This document shows, piece after piece, positions 1 through 8,120 of a stretch of DNA of 64,000 nt. A program made the position numbers and the translations under genes. Under the pieces are notes generated by a model. That model saw only the letters and a program-made list of their open reading frames with translations. It was not told the DNA's origin and searched no databases. Position 1 is the stretch's first letter. Each line of letters starts with the position of its first letter. The DNA is from Schmidtea polychroa (taxonomy: Eukaryota): assembly GCA_044892525.1 (NCBI GenBank), contig CM097887.1, forward strand, positions 81,880,397 through 81,944,396, read 5' to 3'.

Positions 1-56
1 TTGAACGTTCTCAACAGATAAAAATCCAAAAACTTGTTATATTAATAAAATTTTAT
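1..56 (+). mobile_element. 3' terminus of an upstream copy of the tRNA-Thr-targeting non-LTR retrotransposon
   Basis: Identical to the last 56 nt of copy 1 (7580-7635) and joined to the tRNA 3' half at the same base. Confidence 0.93.
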
Positions 57-98
57 CTAGTAAACCAGGGGTCGTGAGTTCAATTCTCACCGAAGGCA
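57..98 (+). pseudogene. 3' half of an interrupted tRNA-Thr(AGT) gene
   Basis: CTAGTAAACCAGGGGTCGTGAGTTCAATTCTCACCGAAGGCA = nt 32-73 of the intact tRNAs at 7863, 8379 etc.; followed by T6. Confidence 0.95.
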
Positions 99-278
99 AT
101 TTTTTCCTAAATAAATTTTATCACATCAACATAAATCTTGTCTTGTCCGTTTTTGTTTCTAGTATTACAAAAATTCCAACAAAAAATCCTATTGATTGTC
201 CGACTTGTGTATGGGTTGGATTTTGATTTTTTCGGTACAGAATGCCACTTTATAGATTTAAATAGAAACCTCTCAAAT

Positions 279-304
279 ACTAAGCCCCTATAGCTCAGAG
301 GTTA
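279..304 (+). other. Variant tRNA 5' half plus 5-nt leader fused to ORF1 ATG
   Basis: ACTAA-GCCCCTATAGCTCAGAGGTTA aligns without gaps to the array's TGCAA-GCCTTCGTAGCTCAGTGGTTA (8 mismatches) and keeps an A-box-like TAGCTCAGAGG. Confidence 0.85.
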
Positions 305-2581
305 ATGGAAAAACACACAACGATGACGCAATCGCCTACGAATGAATTACTCATCAATCTCAATCAAAAATTACCGAATTTTGGATTACTCAATTGCAAA
401 ATTGCAAAATCTTCAATCATGTCTATGTTGAAATCTCAAATTCAACAATCTCAAGCTATTTTGGACCTGATTTCAAAAGATTCTGAAGAACCTTCAATTC
501 TGGAACCGGTTGAATCAATTAAAGAAATGCCAGAAGATTCTTTGGAATGCTCAAAGGAAAAGATGCCACTCCTTTTAAATTTGCCTTTTCCAATTGAGGA
601 AAGATTTCAGATACTGGAGAAGTCTATCGAATCTATATCTGGTAGGATTGATTTGATTTCTAATTTTCTTAATGTTAATAATGATGACAATAATAAAAAC
701 TTTTTTATTAAAAATTTAAAAGTAAATAATATTTCAAATAAGCATCTTCCTGTAATTTCTAACACTAAACCTGAAATTAATTCAAACTACTCTTCTAAAT
801 TAGTGGATAGTTCCGATAAATTGAAGGCGCCTTTTGTTGATGTTGAAATAGAGAAGTCGAAAACTCTGCATGTGGATTATAAGGGAAGTAATACTGCGTT
901 TAAAGAGGATAATGATATAGATAGATCAACTCGTATTTTGACAAAAAAAGAACGAGCTAATTTTTTGAAGAGCTTTCCAAAGTTTATTAATTTAATCAAA
1001 TTAGGTGAATCAAAATTTAAAGAGAATTTAATTAATTATGAACTTAATTTAATAACTAAATCAAAATTAAACTTTAATATTAATAATTTTGAAAAGTTAT
1101 ATTTTGAAAATGGAAAGTTTTTTATTTCTATTTATAACAAAAATGGAATGAGACCTGAGGTTAGGAATATGAAAGCTTTAATAAAACCTAAAATTATCTC
1201 TAGCAGTGGCCGAATTTTAAATAAAACTTTTATTTCAAGTTTAATTCGTACTGACAACAATTATAGTAAAATCTCTGCTTCTTTAGCAATTATGAAATTT
1301 TTATTTGCATTTTCTGACAAATTAGCTGCAACTGTTTCCATTAAAAATATTAATCAAAAGGGCTCTGTCATTAATAAAGAATTAGATTTACTAAAAAAAG
1401 AAAATAAACTTCCACAATTTTTAATAAATTCAGATATTAAATATCTAAATGGGGAATTTGTAATAAATGACATATTCAGTCCTTCAGAATCTCAAAATGA
1501 AGTTGTGAATCGCAGAGAGTTGTCTAGATCACAATTAAATCAATTATTTAAAAGTCATCCAGAGCTGAAAGAGATGTGTTTTGTTGAAAACTCATCTAAA
1601 TGTGCATCAAAATTGACTAATTTGTTACATAATTTAAAATTAAATAATAACTTTCTTGAGAATATTGAGTTTGATTCAGGAAGGTTTTTCAAATCTAAAG
1701 AAACTGTAAATAATGAATCAATTGGTGCGTCTGACATCATGTTTAACTTGGGACTGCTCAACTTCATTGACATTTCTAAGAAAAATGATGATTTTAAGGA
1801 ACTTCTACTTTCAACTTCTTCTCCTCAAAAGCTGGTTGATTTGATCTTTACGATAAATTATAAAATCTTGACGAAGGACATCAACTACTTGAACAACATT
1901 ACCTATGGAAATTATGTCATGAATTATTTTATAAATATTTTACTTTTACACTCTGTAGCTGATCTTGAAACTTGTGAATCTCTCACAATTGACGACTTTG
2001 ATTATTGGAGCGCTGACATGATAGAAAAAATTCCTTCTTCGTCATATTACTCTCAAAGTTGCAAGGAAAAGTTACTTAAATATAGGCAGTGGAAACTAGA
2101 GGGGGAAGTTGATAAACTAAGAAATATTATTTCGCCTGAGACAATTAATGTTGTTAATAAATTTTTGATTTCATCGGATGACTCTAATAAATCTATTAAG
2201 GAAGCAACTTTGAGTTTAGATGAACAAATGGACAAAATTAATACATTTAAACTAGGCGACAATGACCCAGACATTTTGAAATCTAAGCGGTTACTATACT
2301 TTATTTTGAGAGACAAGAAGTTGTTTCTAAGAAATAACAGCAAAATCTTCCAATTACCTATGACATGCAAAAAAATATGCACTCCAAAAATGTCATTATG
2401 TATTCATGAACTCTTGGACTTTCTTAAGGGGATAGAAAATCATTCATCTCCGATCTTTCCTACAATAGTTGACTCTCCATTGGTTATTGAATCACTTCCA
2501 ACTGATATAGACGCTGAGACGGATACAATAAAATCTCGTACTCGAAATGGTCGAAGAAGAGCGTTATCCGATTCTAAATGA
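305..2581 (+). CDS. Retrotransposon ORF1, 758 aa, unknown function
   Basis: Long ORF intact in three copies; N-terminal coiled-coil-like EERFQILEKSIESISGRIDLI; basic C-tail; no domain recognised. Confidence 0.85.
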   Translation: MEKHTTMTQSPTNELLINLNQKLPNFGLLNCKIAKSSIMSMLKSQIQQSQAILDLISKDSEEPSILEPVESIKEMPEDSLECSKEKMPLLLNLPFPIEERFQILEKSIESISGRIDLISNFLNVNNDDNNKNFFIKNLKVNNISNKHLPVISNTKPEINSNYSSKLVDSSDKLKAPFVDVEIEKSKTLHVDYKGSNTAFKEDNDIDRSTRILTKKERANFLKSFPKFINLIKLGESKFKENLINYELNLITKSKLNFNINNFEKLYFENGKFFISIYNKNGMRPEVRNMKALIKPKIISSSGRILNKTFISSLIRTDNNYSKISASLAIMKFLFAFSDKLAATVSIKNINQKGSVINKELDLLKKENKLPQFLINSDIKYLNGEFVINDIFSPSESQNEVVNRRELSRSQLNQLFKSHPELKEMCFVENSSKCASKLTNLLHNLKLNNNFLENIEFDSGRFFKSKETVNNESIGASDIMFNLGLLNFIDISKKNDDFKELLLSTSSPQKLVDLIFTINYKILTKDINYLNNITYGNYVMNYFINILLLHSVADLETCESLTIDDFDYWSADMIEKIPSSSYYSQSCKEKLLKYRQWKLEGEVDKLRNIISPETINVVNKFLISSDDSNKSIKEATLSLDEQMDKINTFKLGDNDPDILKSKRLLYFILRDKKLFLRNNSKIFQLPMTCKKICTPKMSLCIHELLDFLKGIENHSSPIFPTIVDSPLVIESLPTDIDAETDTIKSRTRNGRRRALSDSK

Positions 2582-5500
2582 AAATGTGTGCCTGCATCAG
2601 TGAAAATATCTGCTCCGTTCTCATATGAAACTGATGCAGAATGCACAAATAAACTTTCTGAAATTGACCGAACACGCTGGTTTACTGATGATGAAATTGA
2701 TTATTTCCTTCTACATCATATCAATAATCCAATGTTTACCTTTATAAGATGTTTCATTGTTAGTATCTTATGTTCTGATATTGCTGAAAATGTTGTTGAT
2801 CTTCCCAAAGCTATTTTTGAAGCTCAAGTAATTCTATGTCCACTCAACATTAACAACTCACATTGGGTCTTGTTTGTTTATTGTAAATCTTCATTAACTT
2901 CTTATTTTATCGATCCGATCTTGAAGAATAGAAATAGATTAGTAAATAAGGAGAGAGCTGTTAAAATAAACAATGTATTAAATTGTACTTTCAATCTTGA
3001 TTCATTAATAATTGAACACCCGTATAAAGATCTTGTTTATCAAGATAATAATTACGATTGTGGTCCTTTCATTTGCGGTTATGCGATGATTGTATCGCAA
3101 GAATGGAGCTCAATTCCTAATACGTTTGTCGAATACATTAGGAAACAATTGTTTCACTGTCAATCTATTTCTACTGTATCAGGAGGTGGCTTATCTAAAA
3201 ATCATTTTCTCAATAAAATCAACTTCAAAAAGGCAATAAAACCTAAAAGCAAACCCATTATGAATGTCAAAATTATAAACCCTAATAATGAGAAAGCTTG
3301 TGTCTCATCTCTGATAAGCAAATGGTACGAAAAATATCCAAGTATATTAGTTCTTTCTCCCGAAATAACAAATAGTTTAATCAGTCAAAATGATAATTTT
3401 ATAATTGAAAATATTACATTTTTGCAATTTAGAAACGTTGATCATATAATTTGTATAATTCCTAACGATAATTGCTGGTGTCTATTGTTTTGCTCAGTCA
3501 AATATGGACATAGTTATCTTTTTGATCTTAAACCTGGTTCGATTACTGAAAGATTGATAGGAATTTGTGAAAATATTACCGATTATTTGAATAAATTTAC
3601 TCTAAATAAAAAGGTTTATTTTGAAAAGAATCAAAATGCTTTTCGTTTAAAAATTTCATCTGAAGATCCGTTTGAATATGCAGTTGGGTACATTGCCTTC
3701 TTAGAAAAATATCTTTTTAATAGAATATTTGATAGAGATTATGTGATTAAAACTCTCAAACATATGAATGTGCAGCAGGCAATTGAAATTAACAAAAATT
3801 TAAATTTAATTAATTGCAAAATTACTGATAAAATTATAACTAATTTTTTTAATAACTTGAAACATTCCTCAGATTTTATTTTACTTAATAATACAATGTG
3901 CACTGCAATTTATGAAGACTGTACTCAATATCTGAAAGATTTTTTAAATATTGAGCATTTGATAAAAGCACAGGTTATTTTTTGTATTATGGCCCCTCCT
4001 AAAGCTCAAGAAATATTGTTTGTCATTGACTATAAAACTGATGAGCATTACTTTCTCAATCCCTCAACTTTAATTACTAATTTTAATTATTTATTTACTA
4101 GTCAAACTTTGTTGCATAAAATCAACGAAATTAGAGAATCGGCCGGTTGTTGTATAAAATCTGGTAATATTCCGCATGATGTTCGTGGTTCTGGCCTTGT
4201 GAGTCGTGTACTCATTTGTGCTTTTATAAAAAACTATATTTCTGATTTATCTTTAGAGAACCTCAATTTATTTGATATAGGCAGTGTAATTACTTCTTTG
4301 TTACCTCCAATAACGGAAACGATCAAGGTTTCGAAAAAAGACTTAAATGTAAAAAAAGAAATTGAAAAACCTTCTTTGGAGCGTCGAATTGAGAAAATTA
4401 ATCTCCTTTTATCAAATTTAGAAAACAGCAACGTTAATGAAATCTGTAAGATAATCATTGACAATTCATTGCGTCAAAGATCAGATGACAAAACTATGAT
4501 TCGTAGACCTTATCTGGGAAATAAACCTTCTTACGACAAACCTGACAAAAATATACTAATATCTGGCTTCCTATCTAATATGAAATTGACAGTGAATAAA
4601 ATACTGGCTGATGAGAAAATTGATGAAAGACCTTCAATAACTGACTACATTTCTAATTTCACTCATTCTGATCCTGTCATTAAATCTTACGATAAAGTGT
4701 TTAATTTCTGTCTGAGTTCTTTGTCAACTCTAGTTCTGAATCTAATTTCCACTGAAGATGTAAAGTTTGAAATTAAAAAAGCAGACAACACTTCTCCTGG
4801 ACTTGATGATATCAAGTATAAAGATTTATCTATTTTTGATCCTGAATACAAATTATTGACATTTTTCTTTAACAAAATAATAGTCGATAAAAATGTTCCA
4901 GAATGTTTAAAATCTTTCAAAACAATTATGATTCCGAAGCCTGATAAAGGTGACAAGTACACTTTAGTTTCTTCATGGCGACCAATAGCTCTATTGTCAG
5001 TCATTTACAAAGTGTTTGCGTCAGTGTTAGCTAGTCGTTTGACCAGTTGGGTGAAGGTCAATAATTTACTACACATTGGTCAGAAAGGAGGCTCAATCCA
5101 CGACGGATGTGTTGAACATAACTCTGTTCTTTCTTCCTGCTTGGAACACTCAAAATACAGTAAAAACACTCCAATTGCTATAGCCTGGCTTGATATTAAA
5201 GACGCCTTTGGCAGTGTCCCTCATGATTACATGTGGAAAATCCTGCGTCGCGTTGGAGTCAGTGAGGAATTCACCAACATCTTGAAGCTGTTATATACCG
5301 ATACAAGTTCTTTCTACACTTGTGGTCCAATTATTACACCAAACATTGCCATTAAACAGGGTGTCAAACAAGGATGCCCTATTTCAATGATTTTGTTTGC
5401 AATTGCGATAAATCCTGTTCTTGAATCTGTTAGTCAATCAAATGTGAAACCTTTCAAAATTGCTGGATCTTCGGTTCAAGTTCTTGCATATGCTGATGAC

Positions 5501-7126
5501 ATTGCACTTGTTGCAAATAATGTTTCCGATTTACAACGCATAATTGACATTGCAGTCGATACTGCTAATGAAATAGGTTTTGAATATCGACCTGAAAAGT
5601 GTGCTTTTCTTGAACTTCCAAATATTAACTCTGAAAGTAAAATCACAATCAATGGAATAAATATTAAGAAACTTTTACCAAACGAATTTTACCAATATCT
5701 GGGAGTTCCAGTCGGTGAGGAAACTGACCAAAGTCCTTACGAGATTTTGAATAAAGTTATTGTTGATGCAAATAAAATTGCAGAATCTGACTTGTTGGGA
5801 TGGCAAAAATTGAAAGCCTACAAAGTCTTTCTACACTCGCGCCTAATCTTTCCATTTAGAACGAGAGAAATAAAGATCAGTGCTCTTTCAACAACACAAG
5901 TTAATTGTACGAGTAAACTGAGAAGTATTCTAAGAAAGATCTTGAATTTGCCCAACCATTCTGAGACCAGTTATCTTTACAACTCCATTGAAAATGGAGG
6001 TGCGTCTTGTATTGATCTTCTTGATGAATATCATACACAGACGATTAGTCATTTTTTCCGACTCTTTACCTCTAATTGCATGTTCACTCGTAATATCAAT
6101 ATTGACTCTTTGAAATTCGTCACTGGTCCTCGACTGGGAATCAAGGAACCATCAATGCAAGAGAGTTTCAACTGGATAAATGGAGCTGAAAATATCAAAA
6201 CTCATTCTGGAAAGAAAACGAGATTCTATCGACCTCGGATAGCAATCAAGTACTTTCAAAGAACTCATGGTATTACCTTGTCTTTTGAAGTCGAGAAAAA
6301 TGAGCCTGTTCTTCGATTTACAACTATCGAACGTGGTACTTGTGTGTTGACAGCTTTGAATCGGAAAGCGATTTCTAAAATCATACATATTGCACTTTAT
6401 GATGCTTATTTTTCTAAATGGAAATTAAGTAGCACGAGTGGATCTTGTGCTTATAGTTTATCACCGAAAATCAATAAAGCGATTTACAATGGCAATCTTC
6501 GTGAAAGTCCTTGGAAATTCATACATCGTGCACGTACAAACACATTGTCTACCTTTGCTAAACCTTATCGAAAACCTGATGATAGACTTTGTAGGCGTTG
6601 TCATATTGAAGAGGAAACACTTTGCCATGTTCTGCAAACATGCAAAATTCACCAAATCCTTGCTCTTAAAAGACATAACGAATGCTTACGACTTATTACT
6701 GAGCAACTGAAAAATCCTTTTCTTATTGTTGTTATTGACCACACTTGTTCACTTGTTGTTGACTCTAAGGAGCGAGTTGATTTAATGATAACGGATAATG
6801 ATAAAAAGAAAATTTTCATGGTAGACGTCAAATGTCCTTTTGACACTCTACAAACCTTTGAAACGGTAGATAAAGGAAATTTGACAAAATACGATAATCT
6901 TCGACAGCAAATACAAGTTGCAAAGCCAAATTTTAAGGTGGAACTTTATACTTGTATCATTGGCTCATTAGGTTCTGTTCCACCAATGACATATGATGTG
7001 CTTGAGAAGATTGGAGTACCTAATCATAAAGTTGAATCTCTTGTAAGAGAATGTGCAATGAGCAATATAATGCACTCGGCTAAATCTTGGCATTACCATG
7101 CATATGGTATCTTACCAGGCTTCTAA
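2582..7126 (+). CDS. Retrotransposon ORF2: Ulp1/SENP-like cysteine protease, reverse transcriptase, CCHC finger, restriction-like endonuclease
   Basis: Numbering from GTG 2588: WFTDDEIDYF, H92 (NSHW), D109, Q152, C158 (QDNNYDCG); RT motifs SPGLDD, WRPIAL, LDIKDAFGSV, GVKQGCPIS, YADD (5489-5500), YLGV; CX2CX8HX4C at 6590-6643; RH, RVD, DVKCP, KY endonuclease motifs. Frame is open from 2582; first ATG is 2732. Confidence 0.95.
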   Translation, partial: KCVPASVKISAPFSYETDAECTNKLSEIDRTRWFTDDEIDYFLLHHINNPMFTFIRCFIVSILCSDIAENVVDLPKAIFEAQVILCPLNINNSHWVLFVYCKSSLTSYFIDPILKNRNRLVNKERAVKINNVLNCTFNLDSLIIEHPYKDLVYQDNNYDCGPFICGYAMIVSQEWSSIPNTFVEYIRKQLFHCQSISTVSGGGLSKNHFLNKINFKKAIKPKSKPIMNVKIINPNNEKACVSSLISKWYEKYPSILVLSPEITNSLISQNDNFIIENITFLQFRNVDHIICIIPNDNCWCLLFCSVKYGHSYLFDLKPGSITERLIGICENITDYLNKFTLNKKVYFEKNQNAFRLKISSEDPFEYAVGYIAFLEKYLFNRIFDRDYVIKTLKHMNVQQAIEINKNLNLINCKITDKIITNFFNNLKHSSDFILLNNTMCTAIYEDCTQYLKDFLNIEHLIKAQVIFCIMAPPKAQEILFVIDYKTDEHYFLNPSTLITNFNYLFTSQTLLHKINEIRESAGCCIKSGNIPHDVRGSGLVSRVLICAFIKNYISDLSLENLNLFDIGSVITSLLPPITETIKVSKKDLNVKKEIEKPSLERRIEKINLLLSNLENSNVNEICKIIIDNSLRQRSDDKTMIRRPYLGNKPSYDKPDKNILISGFLSNMKLTVNKILADEKIDERPSITDYISNFTHSDPVIKSYDKVFNFCLSSLSTLVLNLISTEDVKFEIKKADNTSPGLDDIKYKDLSIFDPEYKLLTFFFNKIIVDKNVPECLKSFKTIMIPKPDKGDKYTLVSSWRPIALLSVIYKVFASVLASRLTSWVKVNNLLHIGQKGGSIHDGCVEHNSVLSSCLEHSKYSKNTPIAIAWLDIKDAFGSVPHDYMWKILRRVGVSEEFTNILKLLYTDTSSFYTCGPIITPNIAIKQGVKQGCPISMILFAIAINPVLESVSQSNVKPFKIAGSSVQVLAYADDIALVANNVSDLQRIIDIAVDTANEIGFEYRPEKCAFLELPNINSESKITINGINIKKLLPNEFYQYLGVPVGEETDQSPYEILNKVIVDANKIAESDLLGWQKLKAYKVFLHSRLIFPFRTREIKISALSTTQVNCTSKLRSILRKILNLPNHSETSYLYNSIENGGASCIDLLDEYHTQTISHFFRLFTSNCMFTRNINIDSLKFVTGPRLGIKEPSMQESFNWINGAENIKTHSGKKTRFYRPRIAIKYFQRTHGITLSFEVEKNEPVLRFTTIERGTCVLTALNRKAISKIIHIALYDAYFSKWKLSSTSGSCAYSLSPKINKAIYNGNLRESPWKFIHRARTNTLSTFAKPYRKPDDRLCRRCHIEEETLCHVLQTCKIHQILALKRHNECLRLITEQLKNPFLIVVIDHTCSLVVDSKERVDLMITDNDKKKIFMVDVKCPFDTLQTFETVDKGNLTKYDNLRQQIQVAKPNFKVELYTCIIGSLGSVPPMTYDVLEKIGVPNHKVESLVRECAMSNIMHSAKSWHYHAYGILPGF
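2587..2647 (+). promoter_or_regulatory. Predicted RNA hairpin just 3' of the ORF1 UGA (candidate readthrough stimulator)
   Basis: CTGCATCAGT 2592-2601 pairs perfectly with ACTGATGCAG 2630-2639; extended by TGTGC 2587-2591/GCACA 2643-2647 across a 3-nt bulge. Same in copies 2 and 3. Confidence 0.65.
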
Positions 7127-7635
7127 TTATTAAAAATCGATTGAAAATAATTAATTTTGTTTCTCATATTAATTAAAAAAAAAAAAAAACTGTCATCATT
7201 ATTTATTTAAAGCATTATGAGGAATTGAATATCATTTTAATCTTGCCACTTATTAGTTTTGATAACCTAAACATAATAATAATCTTTTCAATTCATCATG
7301 AAGAGGTGGTCTGTTCTAATTTCAGATTCGATAATGATGAAAAAATTCAGCTGAAACAAGAAATCTTTGCAGAAACCTAGAATGGCGCTTAATTAATTTG
7401 GCTCTAAAACTTCTGCAAGTGTTAAGCTAAGCCGGAAACGAATCTCCGATGAAATCCAATATGCCTGAGAAATTTCAAGAAACAAAGTGCTTTCGAGACG
7501 AGTATTCTCCCAACCGATATAATTATCATAGAGATTTTGATCACCCAAGTGCCGACATTTCTTGAATGGCTGTTCCAAGTTGAACGTTCTCAACAGATAA
7601 AAATCCAAAAACTTGTTATATTAATAAAATTTTAT
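7127..7635 (+). other. Structured 3' UTR of the retrotransposon
   Basis: Internal A15 (7175-7189); inverted repeats 7292-7299/7334-7341, 7366-7374/7411-7419, 7474-7482/7558-7566; terminal stem-loop 7564-7589; AATAAA just before the junction. Confidence 0.75.
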
Positions 7636-7677
7636 CTAGTAAACCAGGGGTCGTGAGTTCAATTCTCACCGAAGGCA
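7636..7677 (+). pseudogene. 3' half of interrupted tRNA-Thr(AGT)
   Basis: nt 32-73 of the tRNA directly after the element end. Confidence 0.95.
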
Positions 7678-7862
7678 ATTTTTTCCTAAATAAATTTTAT
7701 CACATCAACATTAATCTTGTCTTGTCCGTTTTTGTTTCTCGTATTAGAAAAATTCCAACAAAAAATCCTATTGTTTGTCCGACTTGTGTATGGGTTGGAT
7801 TTTGATTTTTTCGGTACAGAATGCCACTTTATAGATTTAAATAGAAATCTCTCAAATTGCAA

Positions 7863-7935
7863 GCCTTCGTAGCTCAGTGGTTAGAGCACTGGTCTAGTAA
7901 ACCAGGGGTCGTGAGTTCAATTCTCACCGAAGGCA
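7863..7935 (+). tRNA. trnT: tRNA-Thr(AGT)
   Basis: Cloverleaf: GCCTTCG/CGAAGGC acceptor, GCTC/GAGC D-stem, CTGGT-CTAGTAA-ACCAG anticodon arm, GTGAG-TTCAATT-CTCAC T-arm, discriminator A. Confidence 0.95.
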
Positions 7936-7936
7936 A

Positions 7937-7942
7937 TTTTTT
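7937..7942 (+). terminator. Pol III terminator (T6), repeated after each tRNA of the 258-bp array
   Basis: TTTTTT begins 2 nt after the discriminator base. Confidence 0.8.
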
Positions 7943-8120
7943 CCTAAATAAATTTTATCACATCAACATTAATCTTGTCTTGTCCGTTTTTGTTTCTAGT
8001 ATTAGAAAAATTCCAACAAAAAATCCTATTGTTTGTCCGACTTGTGTATGGGTTGGATTTTGATTTTTTCGGTACAGAATGCCACTTTATAGATTTAAAT
8101 AGAAATCTCTCAAATTGCAA

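Larger units (their letters stand above)
305..7635 (+). mobile_element. Full-length RLE non-LTR retrotransposon, NeSL/R5-like clade, copy 1 (7331 bp)
   Basis: Two ORFs; C48 protease + RT + CCHC + PD-(D/E)xK-type endonuclease; flanked by tRNA-Thr 5' and 3' halves; no LTRs, no TSD. Confidence 0.93.

Noticed and set aside
2579-2581. UGA as selenocysteine
   Set aside because: No SECIS core recognised by eye in the 3' UTR and the position is a non-catalytic linker; not formally excluded without a SECIS search.
2578-2628. AUGA stop-start overlap as a reinitiation signal for ORF2
   Set aside because: ATGs at 2578 and 2584 are in a different frame from ORF2 and end after 16 codons.
4038-4614. Hammerhead ribozyme cores (CTGATGA at 4038 and 4608; CCGATGA in the 3' UTR)
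   Set aside because: No stem II followed by GAAA and no matching stems I/III.
1555-6846. Antisense and alternate-frame ORFs within ORF1 and ORF2 (repeated in each copy)
   Set aside because: Short shadows of the coding strand with no motifs.
7175-7189. A15-18 tract as the element's poly(A) tail
   Set aside because: About 450 bp of element-specific sequence follows before the shared tRNA junction, and the tract is only A5 in copy 3.
305-7635. R2 or R4 clade, or group II intron/retron assignment
   Set aside because: No N-terminal C2H2/Myb, an N-terminal C48 protease and a second ORF are present, and the C-terminal CCHC+RLE fits NeSL/R5.
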